Shown here: positions 1 through 7,903 of the stretch, one piece after another
Layout: each line of letters begins with the position of its first letter
Position numbering within the stretch: position 1 is the stretch's first letter
Assembly (NCBI GenBank): GCA_021324935.1
Contig: JAJPIE010000029.1
Span: 18,697 to 82,696, forward strand
Reading direction: 5' to 3'
DNA length: 64,000 bases
From: Acidobacteriota bacterium
Lineage (GTDB): Bacteria; Acidobacteriota; Terriglobia; Acidiferrales; UBA7541
The notes under the pieces: generated by a model
Databases searched by the model: none
What the model was told of the DNA's origin: nothing
Seen by the model: the letters and a program-made list of their open reading frames with translations, nothing else
Translations under genes and position numbers: made by a program

Positions 1-2
1 TG

Positions 3-206
3 CGCGAAGGCTACGATCCCGCATTTGGCGCGCGGCCGCTGCGCCGCACAATTCAAAGGCTGATTCAAGATCCGCTGGCGTTACAGATTCTGGAGGGCGG
101 AGTCCTGCCCGGCGACCACGTGCGCGTGGATCGCGACGCGCAGAAGGACGCCATGCGGTTCGAGCGCGTGGCGGCGAAAAAGCCAGCCGCCGCATCGAAG
201 AAATAA
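3..206 (+). CDS. clpB: ATP-dependent chaperone ClpB, C-terminal fragment (5' end outside window)
   Basis: Frame from nt 3 reads [38 protein letters not shown]...KK-stop (TAA 204-206). GARPLRR is the sensor-2 motif of Clp/Hsp100 D2. ClpB versus ClpC cannot be fully separated from this fragment. Confidence 0.85.
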   Translation, partial: REGYDPAFGARPLRRTIQRLIQDPLALQILEGGVLPGDHVRVDRDAQKDAMRFERVAAKKPAAASKK

Positions 207-238
207 ACGTCCGGCTGAAGGACGAGCCAGGACGTGGC

Positions 239-267
239 TTGACGCTCCCGGAACCCGCTTCTAGACT
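239..267 (+). promoter_or_regulatory. Putative sigma70-type promoter of htpX
   Basis: TTGACG (239-244), 17 bp spacer, TAGACT (262-267), 49 bp upstream of the htpX ATG. Confidence 0.55.
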
Positions 268-315
268 GAAAGTTTTGCGGCGCGTTTTGCGTAGTCATAA
301 GGGAAGGCCACACTC

Positions 316-1182
316 ATGAAGGTTTTGCGTACCGCTACAATTCTCATTTTGCTGAGCGTGTTGCTGGTGGTTGCAGGGGGCGCCATCGGCGGCCGCGGAG
401 GCTTGCAGATCGCGTTGTTTTTCGCGGTGGTAATGAATTTCGTTTCGTATTTCTTTTCGGACAAGATCGCGCTGGCAACCAGCGGCGCGCAACCGGTTAC
501 GCGTGAACAACTGCCGCGTTTGTATACCGTGATGGAGCGCCTGGCTGCCAAGGGGAATATACCCGTGCCGAAGCTCTACGTCGTGCCGGAAGCAGCACCG
601 AATGCTTTCGCAACCGGCCGGAGCCCGGCGCACGCTTCGGTTGCGGTCACGCATGGTTTGCTGCAGATTATGAATGACGAGGAACTGGAAGGGGTCATTG
701 CTCACGAGCTTTCTCATGTGCGTAACTACGACATTCTGACCAGTTCCATCGCCGCGACGATCGCGGGCGCCATCACCTACCTGGCCAGCATGGGACGCTG
801 GGCGATGGCGTTCGGAGGCTACGGGGGCGATCGCGACGACGATCGCGGCGGCGGTGGTTTTGCCGCCCTGCTGATGATCTTCCTGGCGCCGTTCGCGGCC
901 TTGCTGCTTCAGCTGTTTCTATCGCGCACGCGCGAGTATGCCGCGGACGAAACCGGTGCGCGCATGGTGGGCCAGCCCTATGGGCTGATCAGCGCGCTGG
1001 AAAAGCTGGGTCGGTATAATCGGCAGATTCCGACGACGGCCATCTCGCCGAGCACATCTTCCCTGTGCATCGTGAAGCCGCTCTTCGGCAGTGGGACGCT
1101 GACTTCGCTGTTCAGCACGCATCCTCCACTGGAGGAACGCATTGCGGCACTTAAGCAAATGGTGGGCACGCCGCTTCGCTAA
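316..1182 (+). CDS. htpX: Zinc metalloprotease HtpX (M48)
   Basis: HELSH zincin motif, PNAFATG, SRTREYAADETGA, FSTHPPLEERI, and N-terminal TM helices. RBS AAGG upstream. Confidence 0.95.
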   Translation: MKVLRTATILILLSVLLVVAGGAIGGRGGLQIALFFAVVMNFVSYFFSDKIALATSGAQPVTREQLPRLYTVMERLAAKGNIPVPKLYVVPEAAPNAFATGRSPAHASVAVTHGLLQIMNDEELEGVIAHELSHVRNYDILTSSIAATIAGAITYLASMGRWAMAFGGYGGDRDDDRGGGGFAALLMIFLAPFAALLLQLFLSRTREYAADETGARMVGQPYGLISALEKLGRYNRQIPTTAISPSTSSLCIVKPLFGSGTLTSLFSTHPPLEERIAALKQMVGTPLR

Positions 1183-1211
1183 GCGATTCAATCGATGTGC
1201 ATTAAACGTTC

Positions 1212-1259
1212 AAAGCGGGGTAAAGTTTTCCACTCGGGAAAAGCCCGCTTTCCCTTTCC
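1212..1259 (+). terminator. Stem-loop downstream of htpX
   Basis: AAAGCGGG(1212-1219) pairs with CCCGCTTT(1244-1251), with an inner TTTTCC/GGAAAA stem and a pyrimidine tail. Confidence 0.5.
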
Positions 1260-1394
1260 TGGCTTTCTCAATTAGATAAATGATTGTAAACAGGGACGTT
1301 ACACCAATAGCAGAAACCTGAATTCTTTGGCGAATCAGGTGCATCGTATATAACGCCAGCCGGGGGGCACGTGGCCGAGTCTGAGGGAGATTGT

Positions 1395-1586
1395 ATGAGC
1401 TGCCGGGATACTATCCATTTGATTTGCATGTATTTAGAGGGCAAGCTTTCGCCAAGCGTGCAGGACGAAATCGAACACCACTTGGAAAGCTGCGCGGATT
1501 GCCGCTTGGTTTTGGACGCCGCCACGACTACGCTTGACCGGTATTTCGGCCAGCCGAAAGAAGCCGCGGATTCGCAAGCGGCCTGA
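1395..1586 (+). CDS. Small zf-HC2 (anti-sigma-type zinc-binding) protein
   Basis: MSCRDTIHLICMYLEGKLS...HHLESCADC contains the HxxxCxxC ZAS motif. RBS GAGGGAG precedes ATG 1395. The ORF track starts at GTG 1371. Confidence 0.75.
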   Translation: MSCRDTIHLICMYLEGKLSPSVQDEIEHHLESCADCRLVLDAATTTLDRYFGQPKEAADSQAA

Positions 1587-1620
1587 ACTGCGGTCTAACT
1601 TATTTATCCGGAATGGATTA

Positions 1621-1659
1621 TGAGCATGGAGGAAGATTTCCTCCGTGCTCAAATTTTTT
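1621..1659 (+). terminator. Rho-independent terminator
   Basis: 14-bp stem TGAGCATGGAGGAA / TTCCTCCGTGCTCA (one G-U pair) followed by AATTTTTT. Confidence 0.75.
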
Positions 1660-1718
1660 GCAGCGGCTCTGTGAAGATCCTGTGGATGACATGAGACTCC
1701 CCTGTAAAAATTCCCTTT

Positions 1719-1781
1719 GAGGAAGGCAAGCTGTAATCTTTACTAGTACTAGTACCTTCATGACCAATCTTTGCCTTCCTC
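1719..1781. repeat. 11-bp inverted repeat enclosing a 14-bp palindrome
   Basis: GAGGAAGGCAA (1719-1729) and TTGCCTTCCTC (1771-1781) flank TACTAGTACTAGTA (1741-1754). Confidence 0.7.
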
Positions 1782-1907
1782 TTGAATCCACCCAACTTAC
1801 TTTTTTTCAGATGATTACGGTTCTTGCGGCACGGGAAGTAACTTTGGCGCTGCGGGTGCGCACTGCTTGATCACACGGCAAACGAGCCGCAAAAGGAGAT
1901 GACGTAC

Positions 1908-2759
1908 ATGAGCGAGTTTCAGGATTCGAATACCCAAGCACCCATGCCCCGTTGGGTGGGTCTGGCGGTTGTCGCCCTGGGTGCGGCCTCGGTGCTGGGC
2001 ATCGGCGTAGGCGTGACCGCTCTGAACCAGAGCAAGAGCACGGAGCAGACACTCCAGGCTTCCCTGAAGCAGCAAAACGACGCGCTGCAACAGCGCCTGA
2101 ACAGGACAGACGAACAGAATCAGCAACTCCAGAGCGATCTGAAGGTGGTGACGGACAAGCTGAACCTGACGCAGGACGAACTGGACAAGGCCCGCAAGCA
2201 GTCGAGGGCCACAGTTGTCGCCTACGACAAGAAGCTGAGCGGGCTTGAAACGAATGTGAATTCGCAACTGGCCACCAAGGCCAGCACGGACGACGTCAAC
2301 AAGCTGAGCGGCGACGTGTCGGGAGTGAAGAACGACCTCGACGCGACGAAGGGCCGCCTGGACCGCGCGACCGGTGACATGGGCGTGATGAGCGGCTTGA
2401 TCGCCCGCAATCACGACGATCTGGAAGAACTCAAGCGCCGCGGCGACCGCAACTACTATGAATTCACGATCAACAAGGCCAAGACGCCGCAGCACGTGGG
2501 ACCGGTGGCTATTGCGCTGAACAAGACGGACTCCAAGAAGTCGAAGTACACCATCACGGTCCTGGCGGATGACAAGTCCATCGAAAAGAAGGACAAGACC
2601 GCTGGAGAACCCGTGCAGTTCTACGTGAAGGGCGCGGCGCGCATCGCACCCTATGAAATCGTTGTCTTCGACGTGAACAAGAACCAGATCACCGGCTATC
2701 TGTCCACGCCAAAGACGGCTGGCGCGGCGGCATCCGCGAGCAACAACTCCGGACAGTAA
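1908..2759 (+). CDS. Hypothetical membrane-anchored coiled-coil protein
   Basis: One N-terminal TM segment (WVGLAVVALGAASVLGIGVGV), a long Q/K/D-rich heptad region, then a beta-rich C-domain (RRGDRNYYEFTI...). ATG 1908 fits RBS AGGAG better than ATG 1899. Confidence 0.75.
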   Translation: MSEFQDSNTQAPMPRWVGLAVVALGAASVLGIGVGVTALNQSKSTEQTLQASLKQQNDALQQRLNRTDEQNQQLQSDLKVVTDKLNLTQDELDKARKQSRATVVAYDKKLSGLETNVNSQLATKASTDDVNKLSGDVSGVKNDLDATKGRLDRATGDMGVMSGLIARNHDDLEELKRRGDRNYYEFTINKAKTPQHVGPVAIALNKTDSKKSKYTITVLADDKSIEKKDKTAGEPVQFYVKGAARIAPYEIVVFDVNKNQITGYLSTPKTAGAAASASNNSGQ

Positions 2760-2800
2760 CTTGTTCTGTGAGCAGAAGTTACTCCTTGATAGCCTGAGGT

Positions 2801-2834
2801 ACGGGGAGGATCCAGAGAGGCCTCCCCGTTTTTT
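2801..2834 (+). terminator. Rho-independent terminator
   Basis: ACGGGGAGG / CCTCCCCGT stem plus T-run. Confidence 0.75.
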
Positions 2835-2958
2835 CGCGGGGACCCGAATTTGCCACATCCAAGTGCGGGTCTGGACACGTAATCAATAGTTGTGACACCC
2901 TAGGAGGCGCCCTGACGGGGGATCGCAAGTGAAGCTGAAATTCAGGAGGGGATGGAAA

Positions 2959-3279
2959 ATGAAAGTTAAATTCGCAGCTGGATTGGCACTGTCACTCTGC
3001 GCCGCAGTTCTCGCGCTTGGAGCCGATGGGAGCTGGACGGGCTACATTTCCGACAGCGCTTGTGGCGCCAAAGGAGCAAACGAAAAGCACGCGGCTTGCG
3101 CAGCAAAGTGCGTGAACGAAAAGGGAGCAAAGTACGTATTCGTCAACGATGCGGACCACAAAGTCTACAACATTGACGATCAGAAGGCCGTTGCCGCCCA
3201 TGCCGGCCACCACGTGGTGGTGAAGGGCACAGTCAGCGGCGACGATCTGAAGCTCACCGGACTGGAAATGGCCAAGTAA
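2959..3279 (+). CDS. Small secreted Cys-containing protein of unknown function
   Basis: Signal peptide MKVKFAAGLALSLCAAVLALGA, then WTGYISDSACG...HAACAAKC...VVVKGT. RBS AGGAGG. Confidence 0.8.
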   Translation: MKVKFAAGLALSLCAAVLALGADGSWTGYISDSACGAKGANEKHAACAAKCVNEKGAKYVFVNDADHKVYNIDDQKAVAAHAGHHVVVKGTVSGDDLKLTGLEMAK

Positions 3280-3306
3280 CTTCCGCAACATTTAATTATG
3301 CAAACG

Positions 3307-3336
3307 GGGCACGACTCTGATCGTGCCCTTTTTTTT
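3307..3336 (+). terminator. Rho-independent terminator
   Basis: GGGCACGA / TCGTGCCC stem plus T8. Confidence 0.8.
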
Positions 3337-3474
3337 CGATCCCATGGTCTCTGCTTTTGTCTTTCCAACGCCCGGCTCTCAATGCCTTCTGATTTCCCTC
3401 AAGCATTTCGCTTCCACTTGCTCACAAGTGATATAAAAGTTGCTGCGGTGATTTTCGAGAGAAGAGGAACCTGA

Positions 3475-6400
3475 ATGCGGGCCTCGCGAACACTGGGTAT
3501 CGTCCTATTTCTCTTGCTGATCGCTCCAGGGGCACTTTCCGCGCAGGACTTTTCCGGGGCAGTGATCTGGTCGGAGGCCGGATTGCCTGCTGGGGATTCT
3601 GCAGCGCCGCCGCCGGATTTCCTGGCGAGGGCATTGCCCAAGGCGCGATTGGTCCCAACCGGGCAACTCGCGGCACAACTGGAAGATCTCAAAGCAGAGC
3701 TTCTGGTTCTGCCTCAAGGTTCGGCAGTGCCGGAGGCTGCGTGGAACGCCATCCGTGCTTATTTGCAAAGGGGCGGGAACTTGCTGGTTCTAGGCGGCCG
3801 GCCGTTCACACGTTCGGCATACCACGACACAAGTGGCTGGCACTTGCGCGATTTTTCGGTGCGGTTCCTGCATCCGCTGTTGATCGACCAATATCAGACT
3901 ACTCCGGGATCAGCTGGTGAATCGTTCTTCAGCAACCCGGAAATTCCGCTGCAGCTTCCCAGGTTCAGTTGGCAACGAGCTTTCAGCCCGGTGATCCGGC
4001 TGAGCACGAACGCCGTTTACAATCGCGGCGGCTCGACGGGCTTTCTCGATGCACGGCTGGATCCGCTGGCGTGGGGTGAGATCGATGGCAGGCGAATTTC
4101 CGTGCCGATCGAACAAATCGACCATATTTCTTCGGGCTTTGATGGCGGCCGGTGGATATTTGTGTCGGCTGAGCTGCCGGCGGATTTTTACACTTCAGCC
4201 GAAGCAGGCAGCCTGCTGCGCACTCTCGCTTTGCGCGCCATGGAGGGCGCGCTGGATTTTTCCGTGCGCCCGGTCTTGCCGCTCTATCTTCCCGGCGAAC
4301 CAGTGGAACTGGAGACGAATTTCCGTGCCTGGCGGAAGGGCATCACGATCGCAAGGGTGCAGGTAACTTGCTACCCTGAGGATCATCCGGACGAAAGGCA
4401 AACGCTAACGATCGCGCTGCCGAGCTCAACAGTGGCGTTACTGCCAGCCCCGGCGCAAAAAGGACTGCACATCCTTGAAGCAGGATTGATGGAAGGTTCG
4501 CAAGTTCTGGCGATTTATCATTCCGCCTTTTGGATCCGCGATGAAGAGTATCTGCGCAGCGGACCGCACCTGAGCGTCAACGCCGACTATTTCCTGTTGA
4601 ACGGGAAGCCACTCGCGATTGTGGGCACAACGTATATGTCGAGTGAGGTGCAGCGGCTCTATTTCGACCATCCCAATGTCTACGTATGGAATCGGGATCT
4701 GGCGCAAATCCACCAGGCAGGGCTCAACATGCTGCGCACCGGCTGGTGGACCGGTTGGGACAGAATTTGCGATGAAACGGGGCGCCCCTACGAGCGTACA
4801 CTCCGCACGCTGGAAGCGTACCTGATGACGGCGCGAAAATACGGCCTTCCCGTGCAATTCAATTTTTTTGCGTTCCTGCCGGATGTCTTGGGCGGCGCAA
4901 ACGCATATTTGGACCCCGAGGCAGTGCGGCGGCAGCAAAATCTGATACGTGGGGTGGCTGGTCGCTTTCACGATGTTCCGTATCTCGCCTGGGACCTGAT
5001 CAATGAACCGAGTTTTTCGAGCCATTTGTGGACCATGCGTCCAAACGGGGACTGGATCGAGCAGGCCGCATGGAACGAGTGGCTCGCCAGGCGTTATCCG
5101 GACCAAGCGGCATTGGCGGCGGCGTGGAATGTTCCCGAAGGATCGGTGCAATTTCCGGTCTCGTTGCCCTCGGAGGAAGCGTTTTCGGCACGAGGAATTT
5201 ACGCGGGCGCGAATTCCCTGCGGGTCTACGACTACTATCTTTTCGCGCAGGAAAAATTCGCCGAGTGGGTGCGCGGAATGCGCGACGCCGCGCGGGAGGT
5301 GGGATCGACGCAGCCAATCACGGTCGGACAAGACGAAGGAGGGAATGTGGACCGCCTGTCGCCGGCGTATTTTGTCCCGTACGTCAACTTCACGACCACC
5401 CATTCCTGGTGGCAGAATGATGCGCTGCTGTGGGATTCCCTGGTGGCCAAACAACCGGGCGTGGCGATGCTGGTTCAGGAAACCGGCTTGCAGCGTGAAC
5501 TTACGTTGGAAGAAATTGCGCGGCGCACTCCGGAGCAGGAAGCGGCACTGTTCGAGCGAAAATTTGTGCTCTCTTTCGTGGCGGGCTCCGGCGCGATCGA
5601 ATGGCTATGGAACTCCAATTCGTATATGACGGAGAGCAACGAGACGCCGATTGGAGCCCTGCGCCCGGATGGCACAGAAAAGCCGGAAGCAACGGTGCTG
5701 CGCAACCTGGCGAAGTTTGGCGCCTCTGTATCAGCGTATTTACAGGAACCCAAGGCGCCGGAAATCGCGGTGGTCACATCGCAGACAACGCAGTATTCCG
5801 TGCTGAACAACCTACAAATCACCGCTCAGCAGAACTCGATTCGAGCCCTCAGTTATCGACTCCAGCAACCGTGTTATTTGATCGCGGAAAATCAAATTGC
5901 GAAGCTAGGCGCACCGAAGCTGGTGATTCTTCCTTCGGCGCTGGCGCTGCAGGAAAGGACCTGGCAGGCATTGCTGGCTTACGTGCGGAACGGCGGCAAT
6001 TTGCTGGTGAGCGGCCCCGCGGCCCGCGACGAACATTGGCATCCGATCGATCGGCTCTCGCCGCTCGGCGCGAAAGCCACGCTGGAGCCTCTGACGATGC
6101 ACACCGCGGGGGTGGACTCACCGCCACAGAGTCCGGCATTTGATTTCGACCAGCAGATGCAGCTTCTGGCCGAGTATTGGAAATTCGCAGATGGAGCAGA
6201 GAAAAAGGAGCTAGTCGTCGGCAAAGGGAAGATTTTCCTGGAGGCATATCCCGTCGAACTCGCGCGGGATTCGCTTTTCGCCGCCGGTATCTATGAACCG
6301 GTGCTGACAAGTCTCGGGATATCCTCCCCCTACCGCGTGCATGGTCGTGTTTCGCCTGGAGTTCTGATCTATCCAATCGAACTTCGGGATGCCGTGCTTT

Positions 6401-6555
6401 ACGTGCTTGAATCGGAAACGGACCAGGATACAGAGATCGACCTGGAAGACACCGTGACTGGCGCGCCGCTGCGACTGCGGCTTTCAGCGGAACACGGCGC
6501 CCTTGCGCTGATCGGAAAACAGACAAAACAACTCATCGCAAAGTACGGCTTCTAA
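3475..6555 (+). CDS. Large secreted clan GH-A-like glycoside hydrolase (GH42/GH5/GH2-like) with class-I GATase-like accessory domains
   Basis: Signal peptide, GTTY...GLNMLRTG, WDLINEP acid/base motif (4990-5010), candidate nucleophile VQETG (about 5476-5487), and two LVLP...W..L..Y...GGNLLV.G segments. Confidence 0.65.
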   Translation: MRASRTLGIVLFLLLIAPGALSAQDFSGAVIWSEAGLPAGDSAAPPPDFLARALPKARLVPTGQLAAQLEDLKAELLVLPQGSAVPEAAWNAIRAYLQRGGNLLVLGGRPFTRSAYHDTSGWHLRDFSVRFLHPLLIDQYQTTPGSAGESFFSNPEIPLQLPRFSWQRAFSPVIRLSTNAVYNRGGSTGFLDARLDPLAWGEIDGRRISVPIEQIDHISSGFDGGRWIFVSAELPADFYTSAEAGSLLRTLALRAMEGALDFSVRPVLPLYLPGEPVELETNFRAWRKGITIARVQVTCYPEDHPDERQTLTIALPSSTVALLPAPAQKGLHILEAGLMEGSQVLAIYHSAFWIRDEEYLRSGPHLSVNADYFLLNGKPLAIVGTTYMSSEVQRLYFDHPNVYVWNRDLAQIHQAGLNMLRTGWWTGWDRICDETGRPYERTLRTLEAYLMTARKYGLPVQFNFFAFLPDVLGGANAYLDPEAVRRQQNLIRGVAGRFHDVPYLAWDLINEPSFSSHLWTMRPNGDWIEQAAWNEWLARRYPDQAALAAAWNVPEGSVQFPVSLPSEEAFSARGIYAGANSLRVYDYYLFAQEKFAEWVRGMRDAAREVGSTQPITVGQDEGGNVDRLSPAYFVPYVNFTTTHSWWQNDALLWDSLVAKQPGVAMLVQETGLQRELTLEEIARRTPEQEAALFERKFVLSFVAGSGAIEWLWNSNSYMTESNETPIGALRPDGTEKPEATVLRNLAKFGASVSAYLQEPKAPEIAVVTSQTTQYSVLNNLQITAQQNSIRALSYRLQQPCYLIAENQIAKLGAPKLVILPSALALQERTWQALLAYVRNGGNLLVSGPAARDEHWHPIDRLSPLGAKATLEPLTMHTAGVDSPPQSPAFDFDQQMQLLAEYWKFADGAEKKELVVGKGKIFLEAYPVELARDSLFAAGIYEPVLTSLGISSPYRVHGRVSPGVLIYPIELRDAVLYVLESETDQDTEIDLEDTVTGAPLRLRLSAEHGALALIGKQTKQLIAKYGF

Positions 6556-6760
6556 ACAGAGGACGCGGCGTCTCCGCCTTTTGCGAAACGGTGAAGAGTC
6601 TATCCGGCTGATTTTTGGGATGAGGTGCACGACCATGTCCTGGGCGGAAATCGTGCACCCCCTTTCGCGGAGTTCCTTCCAGCCGCAGACCACTCGCAGC
6701 AAGAAGGGAAAATCGTATCCCCCCGGGGTTCCGCAAAGCGGATTGCCGGCGGACGATTGG

Positions 6761-7729
6761 CTAGTGCGCGTCGTAAACAAGCACTTGCATGGAGCCATTG
6801 TCGCTGGTCGGCACGTAGATACGCTTCGTTTTAGGATCGAAGCCCATGGTCTTCGCGCCTTTGGCAGTGGTAAGTTCCTGCACCAGAGAATACTTGTCCG
6901 GCGAATCCTGGTAGAAGATGGAAATTTTTCCGTCTCCGGTGGAGAGAAAGACGAGCTTCGTTGATGGATCAAATGCGGCGGCATCCACTCGTTCGCCAAT
7001 CGGCGCGGTGAAAACGAGTTTCCCGGTTTCGGCGTTGAGAACACCCAGATGCTTGCTGCGGCAGCCAACGAAAAGCCGCTCATTCGCTACGTCCATGGCG
7101 AGAGCCGTCGGAGTACCGCAGGGGGCAAGAGGCCAGCGATGCACAACCTTCATGGACTTTACGTCGATATGCAGCGTTTCAGCTTTCTCTTCGAGGTTGA
7201 CGTAAAAATTGCCTTTGTCATCGGACACGCCGTATTCCGGGCCGCTGCCGAGATCAATCGTGCCGGCGACCGAACCGTCCGCGGCGTTGAGAACCGTAAT
7301 GCTGTCGCTATCGCCATTCATGACATACACGCGCTTGGTGAGCGGTTCGTAGACGATGGCATCGGGCTTCTTGCCTACTTTGATTTCCGCGGAGGCCTTT
7401 AGCGTCTTCAGGTCGAACGGAATCACGGCGTCGGACTTGCCCGAGGTAATATAACCCCGGCCAAACTCCGAGGCGATCGCGATACCATGCGCGCCGGGCG
7501 TATTCGGGATCGTTCCCACCACTGCAAGCGAATCGGCATCCAGCACGTCCACTTGCGTGGAGTGCGCGATGTACACACGCCGCCCGACTTCGTCCACAAT
7601 GACGTAATCCCAACCGCCCGCACCCGCCACGGCCACTTTCTTCGATAACTGATAGTTCGGAGCCGCGGCTGCCAGGACCGGAATCGCGGCGAGACAAAAC
7701 AGAAATGCCGCCAATCGTTTTTTCATCAT
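6761..7729 (-). CDS. YncE/YVTN-type beta-propeller secreted protein
   Basis: Signal peptide MMKKRLAAFLFCLAAIPVLAAA, then GGWDY and repeated V.D...K.V / GKKPDAIVY motifs. Start at ATG 7729 with RBS GAGGAG. The ORF-track extension to 7849 is unlikely. Confidence 0.85.
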   Translation of the reverse strand: MMKKRLAAFLFCLAAIPVLAAAAPNYQLSKKVAVAGAGGWDYVIVDEVGRRVYIAHSTQVDVLDADSLAVVGTIPNTPGAHGIAIASEFGRGYITSGKSDAVIPFDLKTLKASAEIKVGKKPDAIVYEPLTKRVYVMNGDSDSITVLNAADGSVAGTIDLGSGPEYGVSDDKGNFYVNLEEKAETLHIDVKSMKVVHRWPLAPCGTPTALAMDVANERLFVGCRSKHLGVLNAETGKLVFTAPIGERVDAAAFDPSTKLVFLSTGDGKISIFYQDSPDKYSLVQELTTAKGAKTMGFDPKTKRIYVPTSDNGSMQVLVYDAH

Positions 7730-7751
7730 TTTCTCCTCGAAGCAACTTTTA

Positions 7752-7800
7752 CTGAAGCGCAGATAAATAGAACTTAAATCCGTCCTGAAAGGGCTTTCAG
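7752..7800 (-). promoter_or_regulatory. Conserved 49-bp regulatory motif, copy A (upstream of the YncE gene)
   Basis: Minus strand reads CTGAAAGC-CC-TTTCA-N7-TTTAA-N7-TTAT-N6-TTCA and aligns without gaps to copy B at 11039-11087. Contains the palindrome CTGAAAG-GG-CTTTCAG (7785-7800). Confidence 0.6.
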
Positions 7801-7814
7801 AGTCCGCGGTCAGC

Positions 7815-7853
7815 GAAAAAGCCGACGGGCCGCTAAAAAGCGCGCCCATCGGC
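7815..7853 (-). terminator. Probable terminator after the TonB receptor gene
   Basis: Imperfect GC-rich hairpin at 7821-7853 followed by TTTTTC on the minus strand. Confidence 0.45.
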
Positions 7854-7903
7854 CATCCGGGGTACTGAACATTCGCCGTTATTTCGCGATGCTGCCTGCG
7901 GGC

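Noticed and set aside
207-315. CIRCE/HrcA element near clpB-htpX
   Set aside because: No TTAGCACTC-N9-GAGTGCTAA found in this region or the following intergenic regions.
1681-1689. DnaA-box-like TGTGGATGA (also TGTGGATTA near 11044)
   Set aside because: Isolated one-mismatch hits with no cluster and no oriC context.
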